Origin: an uncultured Rickettsiales bacterium
Lineage (GTDB): Bacteria; Pseudomonadota; Alphaproteobacteria; Rickettsiales; SXRF01
Length of the DNA: 64,000 nt
Reading direction: 5' to 3'
Assembly (NCBI GenBank): GCA_964575095.1
Contig: CAZNPA010000002.1
Coordinates: 101,204 to 165,203, forward strand
This document shows, piece after piece, positions 57,851 through 64,000 of the stretch. The position numbers were made by a program, and so were the translations under genes. Each line of letters begins with the position of its first letter. Position 1 is the first letter of the stretch. A model generated the notes under the pieces. It was not told where the DNA came from. It did not search any database and was given only the letters and a program-made list of their open reading frames with translations.

Positions 57851-58621
57851 CTATGGTTTCAATACAATCGCAGAAATCTGGCGGCCGTACGCGGTTTCAT
57901 TGCGCAGCGTCGCCCGCCGATAACTGAAGAAAAGATTTTCTTCCAAACACGTATCGTTCGCAAGCACATTTATGTGGCCGATGCCGCTTTGCAGCAACTG
58001 CGCCCTGGCATAGGCCTTAAGGTCGAACAGGTAATGCCCTTCGCGCGTCGAGGGGATGAAATAACCGTCGTTCTTTGCGTCGTCTTGCAGGAACCGGTCG
58101 CGGAATTCGCCGCTGACCTCATAGGAATATTGCTCAATGGCCGGACCGATGGAAGCAATGATATTCCCCGGCGTCGCGCCCAATTTTTTCATGGCCGCGA
58201 CACTGTTTTCGATAACGCCGCCGATGGTGCCTTTCCATCCGGCATGGACTGCGGCGATGACTTTCGCCTTGTCGTCGACAAGCAAAATCGGCACGCAATC
58301 GGCGGTCAGCACGCCGATGGCGATACCGGGGACATTCGTCACCAGCGCATCGCCTTTGGGTGCTTGCACGATCGTCCACGGTTTTTCGATGATTACGGCA
58401 TCCGCGCTGTGGGTTTGGTAGGCGTTGCATAGATTCTCGGCCTTCACGCCCAATGTCCGCGCCACGAAAAAGCGGTTCTTCTCGACGCGGGTGGCGATAT
58501 CGCCTGATCCGTAACCGCAATTCAAAAATGCGAACGCGCCTTCGCTGACGCCGCCCTCACGCGTGAAGAATCCGTGGTTGATGCCGGGAAGTTCCGAGAG
58601 CAGGGGACAAAGGACGCGCAT
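57851..58621 (-). CDS. pgeF: Peptidoglycan editing factor / purine nucleoside phosphorylase (YfiH/PgeF)
   Basis: HGFFTREGGVS, QTHS, GDALVT, LTADCVPILL, AAVHAGWKG, IGPAI, FFSYRR. Confidence 0.95.
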   Translation of the reverse strand: MRVLCPLLSELPGINHGFFTREGGVSEGAFAFLNCGYGSGDIATRVEKNRFFVARTLGVKAENLCNAYQTHSADAVIIEKPWTIVQAPKGDALVTNVPGIAIGVLTADCVPILLVDDKAKVIAAVHAGWKGTIGGVIENSVAAMKKLGATPGNIIASIGPAIEQYSYEVSGEFRDRFLQDDAKNDGYFIPSTREGHYLFDLKAYARAQLLQSGIGHINVLANDTCLEENLFFSYRRATLRNETAYGRQISAIVLKP

Positions 58622-59700
58622 CAGAAGCCCTCCGGCCTGGGATGGCCTTGACGCACGATGCATATGGCTTTGAATAAATCACCCATCTGCTCCATCGATA
58701 CCAGCCGTTCGACGCCGAGCGCAATCGAGATTTTTTGCGCGTCGCCTATGCCTTCGCATAATTTCGCCATGCGCGCCCTGACGCCCAGCACTGTCAAAAA
58801 TATTCCCTGCGGTACGGCGCCATAAGCCGCCGCGCCTGCGGTTGCCGCTGCCGCCTTGAGCATATCGAAATCGACGTGGCAGGTAAGGTCGGCCGTGCCC
58901 GGTTCGGCTAGCGGATCGTGATATTGGTGCGCACGCACGGCCTGTAGCGTATCCGTGCGCGAGCCGCCTTCGTAACCGTAATCGATGACCAGCGCCGCGC
59001 CGCCATGTGTTTTGATGTGTGCGCCGATGGAGGTGGCGATGGATTCGGCGGCTTCGCTATATTCTATTGTCATTCCCGCGAAAGCGGGAATCTTATCTAA
59101 CCGTTTGCGCAATTCTTGATTTAAGATTCCCGCTTTCGCAGGAATGACAAATATAAATTTATTATCTTCCATATTCACCATCCGCTCTTTCCACTCCCCA
59201 TCCCACACAAATTGCCGAACCGGCAGCGCGTCGAAAAATTCGTTGGTGACGAGCAGCAACGGTTTTTTCGGAATCTCGGAGAAATCGCGGTGCCATTCGA
59301 TGCGCGGGTGCTTGCCCGAAAGCGCCTGCCATTGTTTTTGTTGCAGTACCGGGCTAGTTTCGATGAGGTGAACGGAAACGGCGTCGTGGAACCCGGCGAT
59401 ATTCTTTGTTGCGCGCAGCATGTCGGCCATCAGTGTGCCTCGCCCCGGCCCCAGCTCCGCCAGCGCACATTCCGGTTTGCCCATCTTGTGCCATTCTTCG
59501 GAGAGCCAAGCGCCGATCAATTCACCGAACACCTGGCTGATCTCCGGCGCCGTGGTAAAATCGCCTTTGACGCCTAAAGGATCTTTACGCATGTAATAGC
59601 CGAATTCGGGATGCGACAGCGCCAGCTCCATATATTCGGCGACAGTGACCGCGCCTTTTTGAGAGATAAAGTCTACGAGGCCGTTCGTTTTGGGCGGCAT
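58621..59700 (-). CDS. NDUFAF7/MidA-like SAM-dependent methyltransferase with in-frame palindrome insertion
   Basis: YM..AL.HP..GYY, GDFTTAPEISQVFGELIG, ELGPGRGTLM, NEFFDALPV, IDYG, DLTCHVDF, MGDLFK. Confidence 0.93.
   Translation of the reverse strand: MPPKTNGLVDFISQKGAVTVAEYMELALSHPEFGYYMRKDPLGVKGDFTTAPEISQVFGELIGAWLSEEWHKMGKPECALAELGPGRGTLMADMLRATKNIAGFHDAVSVHLIETSPVLQQKQWQALSGKHPRIEWHRDFSEIPKKPLLLVTNEFFDALPVRQFVWDGEWKERMVNMEDNKFIFVIPAKAGILNQELRKRLDKIPAFAGMTIEYSEAAESIATSIGAHIKTHGGAALVIDYGYEGGSRTDTLQAVRAHQYHDPLAEPGTADLTCHVDFDMLKAAAATAGAAAYGAVPQGIFLTVLGVRARMAKLCEGIGDAQKISIALGVERLVSMEQMGDLFKAICIVRQGHPRPEGF
59067..59150. repeat. In-frame RPE/dRS3-like palindrome (family B), 84 bp
   Basis: 29-bp arms with one mismatch (ttgtcattcccgcgaaagcgggaatctta / taagattcccgctttcgcaggaatgacaa), 26-nt loop; encodes VIPAKAGI...IPAFAGMT. 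Confidence 0.95.
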
Positions 59701-60464
59701 AGCAAATATAATCCCAACATCAGCATGGGCAGGCAGAGCAATTGCCCCATGGTGATGAATTCAAACAGGAGCCCCAGATGCGCGTCCGGCTCGCGGAAAC
59801 ATTCGGCGGCCAGGCGTGCCAAACTATAGCCGATGAGGAATACGCCGCTCAACAGGCCGGGCTTATCGCGCGCGGCGGTATATTTAAGCAGCGCAAAAAG
59901 CACGGCGAATAATAATAGTCCTTCCAACCCGGCCTCGTAAAGCTGGCTGGGATGGCGCGCAAGCTCGCCGCCGTAAGGGAACACCATGCCCCACGGCGCG
60001 GCGGTCTCGCGGCCGAACAATTCGCCGTTGATGAAATTGGCGACGCGGCCGAAAAACAATCCAATCGGCACGGCGCAGGCGACGACATCCATCAGCGATA
60101 AAAATGGTATCTTATGTCTGTGGCAAAAAAGGAGGAAGGCGAGGATGACGCCGATCAGCCCGCCGTGAAACGACATGCCACCTTCCCAGACGTGGAAGAT
60201 TTGTACCGGATTGGCAAAATAAAACGCCGGTTTATAAAAGAGCACATAACCCAGCCGTCCGCCGAGGACGATACCCAGCACCGCCCACATCACCATGTCG
60301 TCGAGGGCTTTTGGCGTAAGGTTGGCAACAGGCTTTCGCGCCTGTTCCTTTTTGACGAACCACCAGCCGAGCAGAATACCGGCCAGATAAGCCAACGAAT
60401 ACCAGCGCACGCCGAATGCGCCGATATGAATGGCAATAGGGTCGATGTTGGGGAAGGGAAGCAT
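59673..60464 (-). CDS. lgt: Prolipoprotein diacylglyceryl transferase
   Basis: IDPIA, RWY.LAY, GGRLGYV.FY, GGMSFHGG, GRVANFINGEL.GR, HPSQLYEA, R..AE.FREPD. Confidence 0.97.
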   Translation of the reverse strand: MLPFPNIDPIAIHIGAFGVRWYSLAYLAGILLGWWFVKKEQARKPVANLTPKALDDMVMWAVLGIVLGGRLGYVLFYKPAFYFANPVQIFHVWEGGMSFHGGLIGVILAFLLFCHRHKIPFLSLMDVVACAVPIGLFFGRVANFINGELFGRETAAPWGMVFPYGGELARHPSQLYEAGLEGLLLFAVLFALLKYTAARDKPGLLSGVFLIGYSLARLAAECFREPDAHLGLLFEFITMGQLLCLPMLMLGLYLLCRPKRTAS

Positions 60465-60545
60465 AGGGATTAGGGATTAGGCGTTAGGGATTAGGGAAGC
60501 AAGAATTTTTATTTTCCAATCTCCAAACCCCAAAGCCCAATCCCT
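60464..60545. repeat. Inverted TAGGGAT heptamer array abutting the lgt start codon
   Basis: tagggat tagggat taggcgt tagggat tagggaa, an AT-rich loop, then ttccaatctccaaaccccaaagcccaatccct. Confidence 0.9.
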
Positions 60546-60550
60546 TAATC

Positions 60551-60913
60551 TTAATACTCATCCCAGGCTTTTTTCTCGGCGGACAGGAATTCGTCGAGCG
60601 ACTTGGTGGGTTTTTGCGGGTCGAGCACCTGATACATTGAGGCGATCTCGTTGCGGACGGCCTCCACCGGCTCGCCTTTGCCGGCGGCGACAACCTCGCC
60701 GAAATCGCTGGGGTTGAATCCTTGCCCGGTCAGGATTGCCGACTTAAGCCGCGGTAAATTGGCCAGCGTGATTTTGAGGTAGGAATAGATCTTGTCGCCG
60801 AACGAATTTTTTCCGAACAGCAACAGCACGACAAACTGGTCGCCAAACGTCCCCGGCGGCGGCGAACCGCTGTCACTGCCGGTAACGGATTTACTGGTCC
60901 ATTTGGTTGTCAT
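60551..60913 (-). CDS. Hypothetical protein
   Basis: 120-aa ORF with alpha/beta-like pattern (VVLLLFGKN..G..IYSYL, F.PSDFGEVVAAG.GEP); co-directional with lgt. Confidence 0.7.
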   Translation of the reverse strand: MTTKWTSKSVTGSDSGSPPPGTFGDQFVVLLLFGKNSFGDKIYSYLKITLANLPRLKSAILTGQGFNPSDFGEVVAAGKGEPVEAVRNEIASMYQVLDPQKPTKSLDEFLSAEKKAWDEY

Positions 60914-61045
60914 GCGCGCATACCCGCTGAATTATCCATTCAACGCAATATATTATACCAGCCCCCATTAAATTGAAAGCAGAAACAAGGGATTAGTAAG
61001 CAGGAATATTGAAAAATAAGGGGAAAAGAGGGGTAGCAATAAGCG

Positions 61046-61234
61046 TTAGACGAGGGCAGGGCCGCTCAGCTGAGCTGAGATATCCGGAACGTTATTGGCG
61101 GCATCAAGCGAGGCGCTGGCAGTGGTGTGGAGGTTGGAGGCAAATTCGCGGCCGGCAAGATGAGACATGATGTCGGATGCGCCGGCTACTTCCATGCCAT
61201 CGAACGAAGCCATATAATGTGTATCTTTGCTCAT
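61046..61234 (-). CDS. Possible small protein (62 aa)
   Basis: Only sizeable ORF in a ~560-bp gap; followed by a pyrimidine-rich tract; weak RBS. Confidence 0.4.
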   Translation of the reverse strand: MSKDTHYMASFDGMEVAGASDIMSHLAGREFASNLHTTASASLDAANNVPDISAQLSGPALV

Positions 61235-61349
61235 ATAGTCTTTCGCTTGTTTACCGGTCTCATGTGTTATCGAACTTACAATCTCATCTTATCGAAAACG
61301 CTCGATGCCTACAAATGCTAAACATCGCCGGATGTTAGAATTCACCGAG

Positions 61350-61378
61350 TTGTCATGATGTTGTCATGGAACTGTCAC
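61350..61378 (+). promoter_or_regulatory. Triple Pho-box-like direct repeat
   Basis: TTGTCAT (61350), TTGTCAT (61361), CTGTCAC (61372): exact 11-bp period. Confidence 0.75.
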
Positions 61379-61477
61379 AAAGCGGAATTTGCCCGTTTTC
61401 TGACCCGTTATAAAAAATCCCGTTGCACTGTGTCCTTATAAACATTACAAACAAAGCGCGTATTTTTAAAAAGGCGC

Positions 61478-63935
<2,458 letters not shown>

Positions 63936-63970
63936 CGGGATTGGGGATTAGGCTTTAGGGATTAGGGAAG
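63936..63970 (+). repeat. GGGATT[A/G] heptamer element after coxA
   Basis: cgggattggggattaggctttagggattagggaag; near-identical to 60466-60499. Confidence 0.85.
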
Positions 63971-63979
63971 GCAGTATTT

Positions 63980-64000
63980 ATGGATACCGGTATTTTATCT
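63980..64000 (+). CDS. Start of next gene (truncated by window; by synteny probably protoheme IX farnesyltransferase)
   Basis: ATG GAT ACC GGT ATT TTA TCT; identity inferred only from the usual coxB-coxA-ctaB order. Confidence 0.35.

Noticed and set aside
60464-60498. Real telomere or eukaryotic contamination
   Set aside because: The unit is 7 nt (TAGGGAT), the arrays are short, and they are embedded between contiguous bacterial genes.

Overview
A 64-kb, GC-rich chromosomal segment of an alphaproteobacterium. A DUF2671-like gene, the NDUFAF7-lgt-coxBA order and a FliD-bearing flagellum suggest a deep-branching, biosynthetically capable Rickettsiales-like lineage (inference). Housekeeping blocks: phhA/GNAT/hppD, mrp, hflKC-degP, serB/miaA, ilvC-like/short leuA, mreBCD-mrdA, dksA, a tripartite ABC exporter, SDR, LOG, recJ-cysTWA-pgsA, ilvE, pgeF, NDUFAF7-like methyltransferase, lgt and coxBA. 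There is also a ~20-kb flagellar locus, tRNA-Lys(CTT), and a compact astB/AstE-like/ALDH module. Most striking: (1) several families of short palindromic elements that fill intergenic gaps and have entered genes, including an in-frame 84-bp palindrome in the NDUFAF7-like gene, repeat-derived ends of PhhA, Mrp and an SDR, nested mini-inserts, and a repeat-supplied -35 box for a probably leaderless recJ; (2) inverted heptamer arrays, one family telomere/G-quadruplex-like; (3) a hybrid flagellar system (FliX/sigma54/CtrA control plus FliD/FliS/FliW/FlaG/FliB) with a TPR-methyltransferase plus FliB beside the flagellin, and the same extra 'AHGL..GD' module inserted in both FlgK and FlgE; (4) an active-site-degenerate IlvC next to a LeuA lacking its regulatory domain; (5) a probably non-cleavable CI-like repressor with twin operators and no phage; (6) a triple Pho-box upstream of coxB. 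No CRISPR array, rRNA, transposase or integrase was seen. All assignments come from motif recognition by eye; no database searches were run.
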